Origin: a virus
DNA length: 64,000 nucleotides
Strand: one strand, 5' to 3'
Virus record (IMG/VR): IMGVR_UViG_3300046539_000057
Location: 3,499 to 67,498 of that record
In this document: positions 63,877 to 64,000 of the stretch, piece after piece
Layout: each line of letters begins with the position of its first letter
Position numbering within the stretch: the first letter of the stretch is position 1
Program-made: the position numbers and the translations under genes
Notes under the pieces: model-generated
Databases searched by the model: none
The model's input: only the letters and a program-made list of their open reading frames with translations
What the model was told of the DNA's origin: nothing

Positions 63877-64000
63877 TCACTCCTCGGTGATCTCGACCAG
63901 CGCGCCACGCGGCGAGATGCGCCACGTTTGCAGGGGCAGCAGGCCGGCCACGAAGTCATCCAGGGTGTTGTTCAGCATGGACACCACGGACAGCTTGTCG
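63877..64000 (-). CDS. Partial ORF, 5' end outside the window
   Basis: Open frame to the window edge with GC3 bias. Confidence 0.5.
   Translation of the reverse strand, partial: DKLSVVSMLNNTLDDFVAGLLPLQTWRISPRGALVEITEE

Larger units (their letters stand above)
1..64000. mobile_element. Temperate podophage/prophage genome segment, Bcep22/Lessievirus-like organisation; ends not visible
   Basis: Contiguous head, tail, ejection, lysis, cI/cro, recombination and replication modules with tightly overlapping ORFs; no host housekeeping genes. Confidence 0.95.

Noticed and set aside
1-64000. Integrase, att sites, tRNA or protelomerase
   Set aside because: None recognised; the window is truncated, so absence from the genome cannot be concluded

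Overview
The window is most of a high-GC temperate podophage or prophage genome. No host housekeeping genes, integrase, tRNA or CRISPR array are visible. Gene order resembles Bcep22-like (Lessievirus-type) phages, from my recall of that group; a PEP-CTERM gene suggests an EPS/floc-forming Burkholderiales host. Layout: small ORFs, terminase, P22-like portal, scaffold, CsrA-like gene and N4-gp56-type capsid (1-13 kb); tail genes including a G8/CEMIP-like beta-helix protein (13-24.6 kb); an ejection module with a DDxxD protein, a PAPS-reductase-like enzyme and a 3996-aa DarB-like polyvalent protein (24.6-40.5 kb); lysis cassette and PEP-CTERM moron (40.5-42.6 kb); leftward RecT/YqaJ early operon, cI/cro switch, ParB-like, helicase, primase and RusA (42.6-58.9 kb); and a second leftward early operon (58.9-64 kb). 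Main leads: (1) 2-4 genes nested in the +1 frame of the giant protein's linkers; (2) a 25-bp palindrome present five times inside coding sequences, twice in the ParB-like gene; (3) a prenyltransferase-like ORF beside an MCGGGGG ejection protein; (4) CsrA-like gene plus GGA-loop hairpins in the capsid leader; (5) a structured intergenic region after the primase. All calls come from reading motifs by eye; no database search was run.
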